64,000 nucleotides of DNA. Source: an uncultured Chloroflexia bacterium (lineage in GTDB: Bacteria; Chloroflexota; Limnocylindria; QHBO01). The notes under the pieces are model-generated. The model saw only the letters and a list, made by a program, of their open reading frames with translations, was not told the origin of the DNA and did not search any database. The DNA lies in the NCBI GenBank assembly GCA_963825525.1, contig CAWGTN010000002.1, forward strand, positions 384,001 through 448,000, read 5' to 3'. Below, piece after piece: positions 29,716 through 40,525 of the stretch; the first letter of the stretch is position 1, and each line of letters opens with the position of its first letter. Made by a program: the position numbers and the translations under genes.

Positions 29716-30180
29716 TTACGACCCCGGCCGCTGCTTGATGAGCCGATCGACTTCGCGCTGCAACGTCTCGATGTCGTCGTACGCGTGATAGACCGATGCA
29801 AAGCGGATGTAGGCCAGCTGGTCGAGCTCACGCAGGGCGTCCGTCGCCAGGCGCCCGATCTCGGTGGATGGCAGCTCGGCGTCGCCGCGGGTGCGCAGCT
29901 GGCTCTCGATGTCGTCGAGTGCGGCCTCTACCCGGTCGAGCGTCACCGGGCGCTTCTGGAGCGCCTTGAGCAGACCCGTGCGCAGCTTCTCGCGGTCGAA
30001 CTCCTGTCGGCTGCCGTCACGCTTGATGACGACGAGGCGCGCGCCCTCAGGCCGCTCGTAGGTCGTGAAGCGATATGAGCACGTCTCGCACTCTCGTCGT
30101 CGGCGGATGGTGCTCCCGGCTTCGAGGTCGCGCGAGTCGATGACGCGCGTGCCGGTCTCTTCGCAGCGTGGACATCGCAT
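29716..30180 (-). CDS. nrdR: Transcriptional repressor NrdR
   Basis: MRCPRC, IRRRREC, RFTTYE, ATP cone, AYIRFASVY. Confidence 0.95.
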   Translation of the reverse strand: MRCPRCEETGTRVIDSRDLEAGSTIRRRRECETCSYRFTTYERPEGARLVVIKRDGSRQEFDREKLRTGLLKALQKRPVTLDRVEAALDDIESQLRTRGDAELPSTEIGRLATDALRELDQLAYIRFASVYHAYDDIETLQREVDRLIKQRPGS

Positions 30181-30204
30181 GAGTCTGAGCGTGGCTCCGT
30201 TGCG

Positions 30205-30253
30205 GACTACACCAGTGGTTGTACCGTTCCGGAGAGTACCACAACATGTGGAC
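30205..30253. promoter_or_regulatory. Candidate NrdR box(es)
   Basis: CCACAACATGTGG at 30239-30251; degenerate CTACACCAGTGG at 30207, about 32 bp away. Confidence 0.5.
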
Positions 30254-30266
30254 CTCGAAGCGGACG

Positions 30267-30785
30267 TCAGCGCTGGCGAGTGCGCTCCAGACGCGCGGTG
30301 ACGGATCCGTCGGCAAGCAGCCCCGGCTCCCAGTGAAGCAGGACATCCACGATCTCGGTCATGCGCAGCCGGGCGTGGGTGACGTTGGCGTGGGCCCGCT
30401 TGTAGTACGTGAACGGCTCTTCGTCGCCCGGGGGCCGATGCGGAAGCCGCGTCAGCGAGCATCCGCGCTCGGCGGTGACGATCCCGCGCAGCACGCGTTC
30501 CAGGTTGGCCTCGTACTCCATGTGGAGCCCGTGGAGATCCTCGGGCGCCATCATGCCCTGCAGGCCCATGACCTCATCGTCGAGCGTGTCCTCCTGGGCG
30601 GTGAGCCGCTCGACCGCCTCGTCGGGGTCGAGATCCCGCCGCCGGAGCGCGTCGATCTCGTCGGCGACCGAGGCGATCTGGCCGTCGATGCGCGCGGAGC
30701 GATCCGACATCTCGTTGCGGTACGCGGCCAGCTCCTTGCCGGGTCCGAAGACACTCCGTCGCCGGCCGCCGAACAGCACCTTCAT
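30267..30785 (-). CDS. Hypothetical helical protein
   Basis: 172-aa ORF preceded by TAGGCT-6nt-ATG. Confidence 0.65.
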   Translation of the reverse strand: MKVLFGGRRRSVFGPGKELAAYRNEMSDRSARIDGQIASVADEIDALRRRDLDPDEAVERLTAQEDTLDDEVMGLQGMMAPEDLHGLHMEYEANLERVLRGIVTAERGCSLTRLPHRPPGDEEPFTYYKRAHANVTHARLRMTEIVDVLLHWEPGLLADGSVTARLERTRQR

Positions 30786-30794
30786 GCTCGTAGC

Positions 30795-31784
30795 CTACCC
30801 GCTGGCCGACGATTTGCGGCGGCGAATCTCGGCAGTCAGGGCCGGCACGATCTGGAACAGGTCCCCGACCACGAACAGGTCCGCGAACTCGCCGATGGGA
30901 GCGTCCGGATCACGGTTGATGGCCACGACGTGCTCCGCGGTCTGCATGCCGACCCGGTGCTGGATGGCACCACTGATTCCCGCGCCGATGTAGAGCGCCG
31001 GCTTCACGACCTTGCCGGTCTGGCCGATCTGGAGCTGGTACGGGATCCAACCCGCGTCGGCCGCGGCACGCGACGCGCCGACGGCACCACCCAGCGCCTC
31101 GGCCAGCTCGCGCAGCGGGCCGAAGCCCTCCTCGCCGCCGACACCGCGGCCGCCGGCCACGATGATCGTCGCCTCCTCGAGGTTGACGACCTTTGCATCG
31201 GCCTCGTGGCTCTCGGCGACGGTTGCCTTCCCCAGTGCCGACTCGGCGGCCTCGGGCGCCCCGCTGACCTCTGCCGTGCCGGAACCGCCATCGGCGGGCG
31301 TGAACGTGTTGGCGAGCACCAGGACCACCGATGGCGTCGGGGCCCCGTCCGCCGGTCGGGCGGTGGTGATGACGCGCCCCTGCAAGGTCGCCTGCTCGGA
31401 CTCGACCACGCCGTCGACGATCCGCGCGGCGCGCACGGGGCCGAATGCCGGAAGGTCGAGCGATCCCACGAGCGCAGCAGCCAGGTCGCGTCCGTTGGGC
31501 GTTGCCGGGGCGAGGACCGCGAGGCCGGCGTCGCGTGCCGCCGCGATCGCTGCGGGCGCGTAGGTGATGGCCGGGCGATCCTCATTGCCCAGCACGATGG
31601 CGCGCGCGGCGCCATGGGCACCCAAGGCAGCGGCACCTTCGGCGGCGCCGGCTCCGTACGCCAGGGCCACGGCGCTGCCGCCGGACTGAGATGCCAGCTC
31701 GGCCGCACCGGTTGCGAGCTCGAGAGCCGAGCGGGCCGGCGCTCCGCCGGTGAACTCGGCCAGGAACAGGATGTCGTTGCTCAT
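30795..31784 (-). CDS. etfA: Electron transfer flavoprotein alpha subunit
   Basis: [30 protein letters not shown]. Confidence 0.95.
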   Translation of the reverse strand: MSNDILFLAEFTGGAPARSALELATGAAELASQSGGSAVALAYGAGAAEGAAALGAHGAARAIVLGNEDRPAITYAPAAIAAARDAGLAVLAPATPNGRDLAAALVGSLDLPAFGPVRAARIVDGVVESEQATLQGRVITTARPADGAPTPSVVLVLANTFTPADGGSGTAEVSGAPEAAESALGKATVAESHEADAKVVNLEEATIIVAGGRGVGGEEGFGPLRELAEALGGAVGASRAAADAGWIPYQLQIGQTGKVVKPALYIGAGISGAIQHRVGMQTAEHVVAINRDPDAPIGEFADLFVVGDLFQIVPALTAEIRRRKSSASG

Positions 31785-31786
31785 GG

Positions 31787-32569
31787 TCAGATCAGCTTTC
31801 GTGAGGCGAGCCAGTCGGCGATCTTGGCCGCGGCTTCGGGGGCTGGCAGGTCGGCGATCCGCTCCGTGGGAGGCTTCTCCTCCGGGGCGCGCGCATCGGT
31901 GACCTTGGTCAGGGCCGCGCCGTGGAGATCATCGGCCGAAAGGCCGACGTCACTCAGTGACCACGTCTCCATCGGCTTGCGCTTGGCGGCCATGATGCCC
32001 TTGAGGCTGGCGTACCGCGGCTCGCCGACCTGGTCGGTCACCGTGGCGACCACCGGCAGCGGTGCGGCGATCCAGTCGAATCCGGCTGCCGACAGCCGAC
32101 GCACGCGCGCCTCACCGTCGGACAGCGCGAGCTCGGACCCGTAGGAGAGCAGCGGGACGTCGCGCATCGCGGCCACCGCACCGGGCACCAGCGAGCCGCG
32201 GGCGTCGTCCGAGGCCATGCCCATGAGCGCCACATCGGGCGCCAACTTGTCGAGCGCGGCCGCGAGCACTTTGGCGGTGGTCCACTCGTCCGCGCCGACC
32301 AGCGCCGCATCGGTGATGAGCACCGCATCGTCACCGCCCATGGCGAGCGCGCGTCGAAGGGCCTCCGACGCCTGGTCGGGCCCCATCGAGAGGTAGGTCA
32401 CGGACTCTACGGTGCCGGCATCCACGAGGCGCAGCGCCTGCTCGATGGCGTACTCGTCGAGAGGGTTGATGATGGCCTCGACACCGGTGCGGTCGAGGCG
32501 CAGGTCATCGGTATAGCGCTTGTCGGCGCTGGTTGCCGGGACCTGCTTGATACAGACGACGATCTTCAC
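31787..32569 (-). CDS. etfB: Electron transfer flavoprotein beta subunit
   Basis: [33 protein letters not shown]. Confidence 0.95.
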   Translation of the reverse strand: MKIVVCIKQVPATSADKRYTDDLRLDRTGVEAIINPLDEYAIEQALRLVDAGTVESVTYLSMGPDQASEALRRALAMGGDDAVLITDAALVGADEWTTAKVLAAALDKLAPDVALMGMASDDARGSLVPGAVAAMRDVPLLSYGSELALSDGEARVRRLSAAGFDWIAAPLPVVATVTDQVGEPRYASLKGIMAAKRKPMETWSLSDVGLSADDLHGAALTKVTDARAPEEKPPTERIADLPAPEAAAKIADWLASRKLI

Positions 32570-32591
32570 GATCCGCTTGCACTGCTCCTGT

Positions 32592-33761
32592 CTACGAGCC
32601 CCGCTTCGCCACGCCGGCCCGCTGGAGGAGCTGGCGCGCGATGATGAGGCGCTGGATCTGCTGGGTTCCCTCGTACAGCTGCGTGATCTTGGCGTCACGC
32701 ATCATGCGCTCGACCGGATACTCGGTGATGTAGCCGTACCCGCCCAGAACCTGGACGGCGTCGGTGGTCACGCGCATGGCAGTGTCACCTGCCACCAGCT
32801 TCGCGCTCGACGTCCAGTATGGGAGGTCGGGCGCATTCGCATCAACGCGAGCCGCGGCCGCGTAGGTGAGCTGCCGGGCCGCCTCGTTCTGGGATGTCAT
32901 GTCGGCAAGCATCCACCCGATGCCCTGGAAGTCGGCCACGCGTTGGCCGAACTGCTGGCGGTCGGCTGCATAGGCCACCGCGGCGTCGATGGCTCCCTGC
33001 GCGATGCCCACGGCCTGCGCCGCGATCCCGAGCCGGCTGCGGTCCAGGGTCTCCATCGCGATCCTGAAACCCTCCCCCTCCTCGCCGAGGCGGTTGGCGA
33101 GCGGCACGCGGACGTCGTCGAATGTGAGCTCTGCCGTGGGCGAGCCTCGGATCCCCATCTTGTGCTCGACCCGCGGAGCCGCGAAGCCGGGCGTATCGGC
33201 CTCGACGATGAAGGCGCTCATGCCCTTGCGCCCGCCGGCCTCCGCATCGGTGATGGCGAATACGGTCAGAACGTTGGCCACGCTGCCGTGGGTGATGAAG
33301 CGCTTGCTGCCGTTCAGGACGTAGACATCGCCATCGCGCACCGCGCGCATGTGGTTGCTTGCCACGTCGCTGCCGGCCGCGGCCTCGGTCAGCCCGAAGG
33401 CGATCAGCCACTCGCCCGAGGCGAGCCGCGGGAAGTAGCGGTCTCTCTGCTCGTCGGACCCGGCCAGGATGATCGGCAGGGCGCCGAGCTTCTGGACGAT
33501 CGGGATGAGGCTGGTCGTCGCGTCCGCCCGGGCGATCTCCTCGACCAGGATGCTCTGCGCGACCGTGTCGAGGTTCGTGCCGCCGTGCCGCTCCTCGAAG
33601 CAGGTCCCGAGGAGGTCCTGCTGGGCGAGCAGCTGGCGGAGGTCCTCGGGGAACTCGGCCTTCGCGTCGATGTCGGCGGCGCGTGGCGCGATCTTCTCGT
33701 CGGCCAGCTCGCGCACCACGGCGCGCAGCTCATCGTGCTCTGCGGTCGGAAGGTAGGTCAC
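32592..33761 (-). CDS. Acyl-CoA dehydrogenase
   Basis: FGLTEAAAGSD, NGSKRFIT, KMGIRGS, GGYGY, YEGTQQIQR. Confidence 0.95.
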   Translation of the reverse strand: MTYLPTAEHDELRAVVRELADEKIAPRAADIDAKAEFPEDLRQLLAQQDLLGTCFEERHGGTNLDTVAQSILVEEIARADATTSLIPIVQKLGALPIILAGSDEQRDRYFPRLASGEWLIAFGLTEAAAGSDVASNHMRAVRDGDVYVLNGSKRFITHGSVANVLTVFAITDAEAGGRKGMSAFIVEADTPGFAAPRVEHKMGIRGSPTAELTFDDVRVPLANRLGEEGEGFRIAMETLDRSRLGIAAQAVGIAQGAIDAAVAYAADRQQFGQRVADFQGIGWMLADMTSQNEAARQLTYAAAARVDANAPDLPYWTSSAKLVAGDTAMRVTTDAVQVLGGYGYITEYPVERMMRDAKITQLYEGTQQIQRLIIARQLLQRAGVAKRGS

Positions 33762-33857
33762 TCGGCTCCTCGGGCGCGGAGTTCTGCGGCAGGGGCTCGG
33801 GCGATTGAGTGTAGCGGATCGACGGCGCAGATCAGCCGAGCGGCGGAGCCGCCACGT

Positions 33858-34724
33858 TCAGTCGTGTGGCCCCTGGAGCTCCACCTGTCCATCGTGCACC
33901 CGGGCACGGTAGGTCACCTGGCGAGTCGACGCCGGTCCGTGGACCACGGCACCGTCGCGGAGACGGAACACCGATCCGTGCCAAGGACAGCTGATCGTCC
34001 CGTCGCGCAGCTCACCTTCCGAGAGCGGGCCACCGGCGTGCGAGCAGGTGTCCTTGAGCGCATGGACCAGGTCGCCACGGCGGACGAGGACCACCTTGGT
34101 CGCGCCGAAGCTCACCTGGGTGGCCTCGCCATCGGGCACCTCGGCGACCGGAGCGACCGCGGTGAACTCCTTCGCGCGCTTGCCACGGCTGAATGCGTTG
34201 TGGTTGACCATGTAGCCGTACTTGAAGACGACATGGCCGCCGATGTAGGAGCCGACCGAGATGATCCCGTAGCCGATCAGCATCGGCCAGAACGCTCCGT
34301 CCACATTCCCGCCGAGCCGCAGCGCGAGCGAGATGCCGAATCCGGCCATCCCGACGAAGTTGATGATGCCGTGGAGCCCGACCACGTTGCGCTCGTTGCC
34401 CGATGCCGTGTCCTTGAAATCGGTCCAGCCCGACAGGATGGATCCGACGCCCGCGGCATAGGTCAGCGCAAGTACCCAGGTCGCCGCGTCCTCCGTGCCG
34501 GACGCTCCGAACACGACGCGCAGCACGTCCAGGAAGACGACGGCCGTCGCGCCGCCGATGACGACGTCGACGAGCACCGGGTGGAGCGAATGGCCGAGCC
34601 ACGAGCCGTTGAGGAGATCCTGGAGCAGCTTGCCGGGTCTCCCCAGGACGCGAAAGACCGCGTTGAGGAACCCGGCCAGCCAGTTCAACAGGCCGGCGAG
34701 TGGCTTGGCGGCACGCTCGATCAT
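33858..34724 (-). CDS. DUF2231 membrane domain plus Rieske 2Fe-2S protein
   Basis: WLGHSLHP, GGHVVF; CSHAGG...CPWHGS. Confidence 0.88.
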   Translation of the reverse strand: MIERAAKPLAGLLNWLAGFLNAVFRVLGRPGKLLQDLLNGSWLGHSLHPVLVDVVIGGATAVVFLDVLRVVFGASGTEDAATWVLALTYAAGVGSILSGWTDFKDTASGNERNVVGLHGIINFVGMAGFGISLALRLGGNVDGAFWPMLIGYGIISVGSYIGGHVVFKYGYMVNHNAFSRGKRAKEFTAVAPVAEVPDGEATQVSFGATKVVLVRRGDLVHALKDTCSHAGGPLSEGELRDGTISCPWHGSVFRLRDGAVVHGPASTRQVTYRARVHDGQVELQGPHD

Positions 34725-36175
34725 CAGCCCGTCAGCTCGGCCGCGAACTCGCCGAAGACCTCGATGTAGCGATCGATGTCGGCGTTGGTGTGCTGCACCG
34801 AGAGCGTCCACTGGTCGTCCGGACCGGGCGGAAGCAGGATCCCGCGGTTCGCCAGGTAAAAGAAGCTGGCTGCCCACAGGTCGGAGTCCAGGTCGACCAG
34901 GGTTCGGTAGTTGGTGACGCGCTCCGGGGTGAACATCACGCAGCCCTTGGGACCGACGTTGATCGCGTAGCCCGGCAGCCCATGGTCATCGATCACGGAC
35001 TGGCTGCCTGTCGTGAGCCGGTCGGCCATCGCGTTGAGCACCGGATAGGCGTCCTTGGTGAGGATCTGGGTGAGCGTCACGACGCCGGCGGTCATCGACA
35101 GCGGATTCCCGTTGAAGGTGCCCAGGTGTGCGACGCGGGTCGCACCGCTCGGAAGCGTCGAGCGCTCCATCCCCGAGCCGAGCGCCCCACTCATGCCGGC
35201 GAAGTGCTGGCTGCCCTCGAGCGTCTCGATGACGCGCATCACCTCGGCACGCCCGCCGAAGGCGCCGATCGGGATGCCGCCGCCGATGCTCTTTGCCAGG
35301 CAGAAGAGATCGGGCTTCACGCCGTAGTACTCGTAGGCCCCGCCCCAGGCGATCACAACGCCGGTCTTGACCTCGTCGAAGATGAGCACGACGCCGTGCT
35401 CGGTTGCCAGCTCGCGAACGCGCTGCAGGAATCCCGGCTCGGGCGGGACGACGCCGATGTTGAACTGGACGGGCTCCACGATGATCGCGGCGATCTCGCC
35501 CTCGTGGGCCTGGAGGATCGCCTCGAGCATGTCGGGCTCGTTGAACGGAGCGATGACGGTCTCCGCGATCCGGCTGCGCGGGATGCCGGCACTTGCCGGC
35601 ACGGTGGCCGGAGCGTCGATCGGTCCCATGGCCTCGCGCGGCGGCTGAATGCTGACCAGCACGTCGTCATGGTGGCCGTGATAGCCGCCTTCGAACTTGA
35701 TGATCTTCTCGCGTCCGGTGTAGCCGCGGGCCACGCGGATGGCGTCCATGGTGGACTCGGTGCCCGAGTTGCTGAAGCGCACGGAATCGGCGCCAAAGCG
35801 GGCTCGGATCTCCTCGGCCAGCGTCACGCCGTCCTCGACCGGGAAGGTGTAGCACGTGCCGTTCGCCACGCGCCGCTGAAGGGCCTCCGCCAGCAGCGGA
35901 TGCGAGTGACCGGCGGCCAGCACGCCGAACGCCATGTCGAAGTCGATGTACTCGTTGCCGTCCGCGTCCCAGATCCGGCTGCCCCGGGCGTCGCCCATGA
36001 ACAGCGGATATGGGTCGTAGGCCTGAAACGAGCTTGCGACGCCAAGCGGCATGGACTCGCGCGCGCGATCGAAGAGCGCCTTGCTCTTTGCGGTTCGCGC
36101 CCGATACGCCGCCTCTTCCCGCGCGCCGATCTCGTTGACGCGCGCCCGATCGATTTCGTGCCTGGTGACCGTCAC
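34724..36175 (-). CDS. Class III aminotransferase (GSA aminomutase-like)
   Basis: SNSGTES, FEGGYHG, FDEVKTG, AKSIGGG, GTFNGNP; AGGAGG RBS before GTG 36175. Confidence 0.88.
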   Translation of the reverse strand: MTVTRHEIDRARVNEIGAREEAAYRARTAKSKALFDRARESMPLGVASSFQAYDPYPLFMGDARGSRIWDADGNEYIDFDMAFGVLAAGHSHPLLAEALQRRVANGTCYTFPVEDGVTLAEEIRARFGADSVRFSNSGTESTMDAIRVARGYTGREKIIKFEGGYHGHHDDVLVSIQPPREAMGPIDAPATVPASAGIPRSRIAETVIAPFNEPDMLEAILQAHEGEIAAIIVEPVQFNIGVVPPEPGFLQRVRELATEHGVVLIFDEVKTGVVIAWGGAYEYYGVKPDLFCLAKSIGGGIPIGAFGGRAEVMRVIETLEGSQHFAGMSGALGSGMERSTLPSGATRVAHLGTFNGNPLSMTAGVVTLTQILTKDAYPVLNAMADRLTTGSQSVIDDHGLPGYAINVGPKGCVMFTPERVTNYRTLVDLDSDLWAASFFYLANRGILLPPGPDDQWTLSVQHTNADIDRYIEVFGEFAAELTG

Positions 36176-36185
36176 GGTCGCCCTC

Positions 36186-36671
36186 CTAGCGAGCTCCCCA
36201 TTGGTAACTTTCCTTGACAAAGCGCAGCTCGACGAGCGTCTCGGTCGAACGGATACCGTCGATCCCCGCGAGTCGTTCGGTCAGCACGCGCAACAGGTGA
36301 TCATTGTCCTCGCACACGATCTCGCACACGAGGTCATAGCGCCCGGCGGTGATGACGAGGTACGTCACCTCGTCCAGCTTCGCGATCTCGTCGGCAACCT
36401 CCGTCAGGCGCGCCGCCTCGACCTTGAGGCCGATGAGGGCCGGCTGCTGAAAGCCCATGGCCAAAGGATCGGTGACCCCCACGATCTGCACCACGCCTCG
36501 TCCGATCAGCCGCTCGGCGCGCTGCCGGACGGTGGCCTCGGGAACGTCAAGCTGACGTCCGATCTGAGCGTACGGCCGTCGACCATCCAGCTGAAGACAC
36601 TGGATGATGCGCTTGTCGAGGTCGTCGAGAATGGGCCGCCGCCCCGGTTGCTGGATCGATCGCACCGCCAT
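36186..36671 (-). CDS. Lrp/AsnC family regulator
   Basis: LDDLDKRII..LQLDGRRPY..I, EATVRQR, GRYDL. Confidence 0.92.
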   Translation of the reverse strand: MAVRSIQQPGRRPILDDLDKRIIQCLQLDGRRPYAQIGRQLDVPEATVRQRAERLIGRGVVQIVGVTDPLAMGFQQPALIGLKVEAARLTEVADEIAKLDEVTYLVITAGRYDLVCEIVCEDNDHLLRVLTERLAGIDGIRSTETLVELRFVKESYQWGAR

Positions 36672-36704
36672 GGCGAGAAGAGTACTCAGCAGCTGGGAGA
36701 CGGT

Positions 36705-36765
36705 CAACATTCCGCAACATTCGAGGTCCGATTCTACGGATTCCGCGAGGTTTGACGGAATCCGT
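36705..36765. promoter_or_regulatory. Repeated palindromic operator-like sites upstream of Lrp/AsnC gene
   Basis: ACGGATTCCG (36736) and ACGGAATCCGT (36755); CAACATTC twice at 36705 and 36715. Confidence 0.5.
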
Positions 36766-36873
36766 GGGGTTTCGAGGGTGCTGTTCAGTGGCGTTGGCTC
36801 AGGTGGGTGGGTTGGGGGCCGCGGACGGCGGCGGCGACGGCGGCAGCGACGCTTTGGGTGATCCGGTGCCGCT

Positions 36874-37270
36874 CGACTTGTCAACTGCACCCCACACGCG
36901 CATTAGCGGGGGCAGAGGCCGGCGGCGACCCGTGGCCACGCTCAGCAACGCCGCCCGAGACTCCTGATTACCCGCTAATGCGAACCAGGCGAGCAGTTGT
37001 CAGGGCGCGGCGCGGGGACCGGTGAGCTGCATCCGTGGTGCGCGCTACCCGGCCGCAGAGACCAGACGCGAGCCGGGCCAGACGACCCAGCGCCGCCCGA
37101 CTTGTCAACTGCACCCCCCACGCGCATTAGCGGGCGCCGAGGCCGGCGGCGAGCAGTGCCCACGCTCAGCAACGCCGCCCGAGACTCCTCACTACCCGCT
37201 AATGCGAACCAGGCGAGCAGTTGTCAGGGCGCGGCGCGGGGACCGGTCAACTGCACCTCACACGCGCATG
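36874..37270. repeat. Two 150-bp palindromic REP/REPIN-like units plus partial third copy
   Basis: 36874-37023 and 37098-37247 nearly identical; nested inverted repeats CAACTGC/GCAGTTG, CGCATTAGCGGG/CCCGCTAATGCG, GGCGGCG/CGCCGCC. Confidence 0.9.
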
Positions 37271-37308
37271 AGCTGGCCGCGGAGACGCAACGCTCCAGCT
37301 CTCCAGCG

Positions 37309-39531
37309 TCAGTCCCCCCCGGTCTCCGCCGCACCCACCTCGCGCTTCCACGCCCCCGTCGCATCGGCGAGCAGCTCCGCGACATCGCGGACCGCGACAT
37401 CGGTGCGGTCGAGGTCCGTGGTGCCATCTCGCAGCATGATCAGGCAGAAGGGACACGCGGTCGCGATCTCGTCCGGTGTCTTCTCGAGCGCCTGCTCCAC
37501 GCGCTTGTGGTTGATGCGCGTGCCCTCGCGCTCCTCCATCCACATCCTCGCGCCGCCGGCGCCGCAGCACATCCCCTTGCGGTGGTGAAGGTCCATCTCG
37601 ACCACGCTCTGGCCCGGCACGGAATCCACCACGCGACGGCCCTCGTCGTAGACCTCGTTGTAGCGTCCCAGGTAGCACGCGTCGTGATACGCGATCACGG
37701 CGTCATGGTGCTCCTCGGGCACCAGCCGGCCATCAGCGACCAGCCGATCGAGCAGCTGGGTGTGGTGGATGACCTGGATCCCGGTGAGGCCGAACTGCGG
37801 GTACTCGTTCTTGATGGTGTTGAAGCAGTGCGGGCAGGTGGCCACGATGGTCGAGATGCCGTGCTCGGCGTGCGCGGCAGACAGGGTCGCGACGTTCTCC
37901 TCGGCGAGCATCTGGTAGAGGTACTCGTTGCCGGCCCGCCGCGCCGGATCGCCCGTGCAGGTCTCCTGGGCGCCGAGCACCGCGAACGGTATCTCGGCCT
38001 GGTTCAGGAGCTGCGCCATGGCACGCACCACCTTCCGATTGCGATCGTCGAATGCGCCGGCGCACCCGACCCAGAACAGGATGCGCCCGCCGAGCACGTC
38101 GCCCGTGGGATCGGACTCGTGAATCGTCCTCCATGGCGTGGTGCCGTCCGTGCTGCGCCGGGGCGGATCGGCATCGGCCAACAGGGGAACGTCCAGGCCC
38201 TTTGCCCAGTCCATGCGCGATGATTTCGGCTGGCCCCAGGGGTTGCCGGCGTTCTCCATGTTGCGAAATGCCGCATTGAGCTCCTTGGGGAATCGGCTCT
38301 CCTCGAGCACCGCGTTTCGGCGAATCTCGACGATCGTGTCAACGTGCTCGATGAGCACCGGGCAGCCCTCGACACACCAGCCGCAGGTCGTGCACTGCCA
38401 GACCGCCTCCTCCGGGATCACGTTGTCCATGAGGGGCAGGGTGAGCGCCTCCTCCGCGCGGCCCCGGGCCAGCGACAGCGCATCCTCCGAGGCCGATGCA
38501 CCACCGTTGGCTCCCCCCTTCCACGCACGCTGGGCCGATGCGGCCGCTGCCAGCGCCGTCTCGGCCGATGCGATCTGATCGCGCAGTCCTTCCATGAGGT
38601 GCTTGGGCGAGAGCGTCTTGCCCGTCATCGAGGCCGGACAGAACTCCATGCAGCGTCCGCACTCCGTGCACGCCAGGCCGTCGGAGAGGTGACGCCAGGT
38701 CAGGTCCTGCAGGCCCTTGGCACCGAAGACGGGAAGCTCCTCGCCTTCCTCGGGCTCCGCCTCGAGGTCCATCTTGCGGAGCGCGCCACGCGGCTCGAGG
38801 TTGCGGAAATAGACGTTGGGCTCGCTGCTGATGATGTGGAGGTGCTTGCTGTACGGCAGGTAGGCCCCGAATCCAAGGACCAGGATGATGTGCGACCACG
38901 CCATGACCCCGAAGCCGATGGTGGCGGCTTCCCGGCCGATCGGCTCGAGTGCCAGGCTCAGCGGGCCGGCCAGGGGCGCCCAGGCACGAGCCGGGTCCTC
39001 TGGCTCCAGCACGAATCCGAACGCGTCCCCCAGCCACTCGGTGAGCACGATGCTGAAGATGAGGCCCAGGATGATGAAGGCGTCACGCGTGAGGGCCAGC
39101 CGCGCCGGACGAATCACGGTGCGACGAATGACGAAGTACGCGACCGAGGCCAGTACCAACCCGACGAAGACGTTGGCGAACAGGACGATCACGCTCCAGA
39201 AGAAGCCGCCCAGCGGCCATCCGACGACGGTCTCCACCAGCCCGTTGGTCAGGTAGTTGCCGGTCGTGGCGAGGAGCACGATGAACCCCCAAAACACGAA
39301 GGCGTGCGTCAGCCCTGGACCGGGGTCCTGGAGCAGCCGGCGCTGACCGAACACGAACACGCCGAGGGCCTTGATCCGCTGCGGGACGCGGTCAAAGCGA
39401 TCGAGCGGCCGCCCGGCGCGCACCACGGCCAGGTGCCAACGGGCACGGCGCCAGAACAGAATGCCGGCCGCCACGATCGGGATGATGATCAGCGGATACG
39501 CCGGAATGGACGCTTCCATGAGTCGCGCCAT
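37309..39531 (-). CDS. Membrane Fe-S oxidoreductase (FadF/HdrD-like, CCG domains); start may be 39519
   Basis: NarI-like TM region, CTECGRC..CP, CTTCGWC..CP, CTGDP, CCGAGG. Confidence 0.9.
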   Translation of the reverse strand: MARLMEASIPAYPLIIIPIVAAGILFWRRARWHLAVVRAGRPLDRFDRVPQRIKALGVFVFGQRRLLQDPGPGLTHAFVFWGFIVLLATTGNYLTNGLVETVVGWPLGGFFWSVIVLFANVFVGLVLASVAYFVIRRTVIRPARLALTRDAFIILGLIFSIVLTEWLGDAFGFVLEPEDPARAWAPLAGPLSLALEPIGREAATIGFGVMAWSHIILVLGFGAYLPYSKHLHIISSEPNVYFRNLEPRGALRKMDLEAEPEEGEELPVFGAKGLQDLTWRHLSDGLACTECGRCMEFCPASMTGKTLSPKHLMEGLRDQIASAETALAAAASAQRAWKGGANGGASASEDALSLARGRAEEALTLPLMDNVIPEEAVWQCTTCGWCVEGCPVLIEHVDTIVEIRRNAVLEESRFPKELNAAFRNMENAGNPWGQPKSSRMDWAKGLDVPLLADADPPRRSTDGTTPWRTIHESDPTGDVLGGRILFWVGCAGAFDDRNRKVVRAMAQLLNQAEIPFAVLGAQETCTGDPARRAGNEYLYQMLAEENVATLSAAHAEHGISTIVATCPHCFNTIKNEYPQFGLTGIQVIHHTQLLDRLVADGRLVPEEHHDAVIAYHDACYLGRYNEVYDEGRRVVDSVPGQSVVEMDLHHRKGMCCGAGGARMWMEEREGTRINHKRVEQALEKTPDEIATACPFCLIMLRDGTTDLDRTDVAVRDVAELLADATGAWKREVGAAETGGD

Positions 39532-39552
39532 GGTAGCGGCGCGGGCAGGTGC

Positions 39553-40525
39553 CTAGTGGTCGCCCCCGGCCAGCTGGTCGAGCGCATGACGCAGGACGGG
39601 TGACAGGGCGTCGAACGACTCCAGTGGCACCCCGGGGCGAACCGGGCAGGTTGACGATGAGCGTGGCTCCACGCGAGCCGACAACGGATCGCGAGAGGGC
39701 GGCCATCGGCGTCGAGGCCACACCAACCGACCGCATGAGCTCAGCGAGCCCAGGAGCCTCGCGGTCGATCACCCGCCGCGTCGCCGCCGGCGTGACGTCG
39801 GTGGGCGACATTCCGGTGCCCCCGGTCGTGAGGATCAACCGATGGCCGGCATCGGCCAGGGAGATGAGCAGCGCCGCGATCTCCGACTCGTCATCGCGCA
39901 CCACGACGGCCTGCGGCGCGACATCGAATCCCGCGCCACGCGCACGAGTGACCAGCTCCGGACCGGAGAGGTCGTCCCGCTCCCCTGCCGCGGACCGATT
40001 CGAGCAGGTCACGACGATCGCCTCGTGATCCGCTCGCGGGACGGGGGCAACGTCAAGCCGATAGTCCCCCGAACGACCCCCGTACTTCTCCAGCAGGGTC
40101 ACGCCCCCAATGACGATGTCCCTCTGCAGCGCCTTCGCCATGTCGTACACGGTCAGTGCGGCCACGCTGACTGCGGTCAGCGCCTCCATCTCGACGCCGG
40201 TCCGTGCCGTCACGCTGACCTCGGCACGGATGACCACGGTGCCGGCGGCCGAGTCGGGCTCCAGCTCCACGCTTACCCTGTCGAGAGGGAGGGGATGGCA
40301 GAGGGGAATGAGCTCGCTCGTTCGCTTCGCCGCGCCGATGCCGGCCAGTCGCGCGGTGACGAGGGCGTCGCCCTTTGGCCCGCCACCGGCGAGGAGCGCT
40401 TCGAGCACATCGGGGCGCATGTGGACCGTCGCCTGGGCCACCGCGCGGCGCGCGGTGATCGGCTTGTCACCCACGTCGACCATCCGCGGCGCCCCGTCAT
40501 CGTCGAGATGGGTCGGGCGGGTCAT
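39553..40525 (-). CDS. moaC: Fused MoaC-MoaB/MogA Moco biosynthesis protein; frameshift near 39620
   Basis: [22 protein letters not shown]; TTGGTG, DVTP, NLPGSP. Confidence 0.88.

Noticed and set aside
30219-36217. Long plus-strand ORFs (641, 749 and 505 aa) and similar ones elsewhere
   Set aside because: Antisense shadows of genuine minus-strand genes in high-GC DNA.
36874-37270. CRISPR array
   Set aside because: Units are 150 bp, only two full copies, no unique spacers, no cas genes.
39553-40525. MoaC-MoaB fusion as a novelty
   Set aside because: This fusion is already well known.
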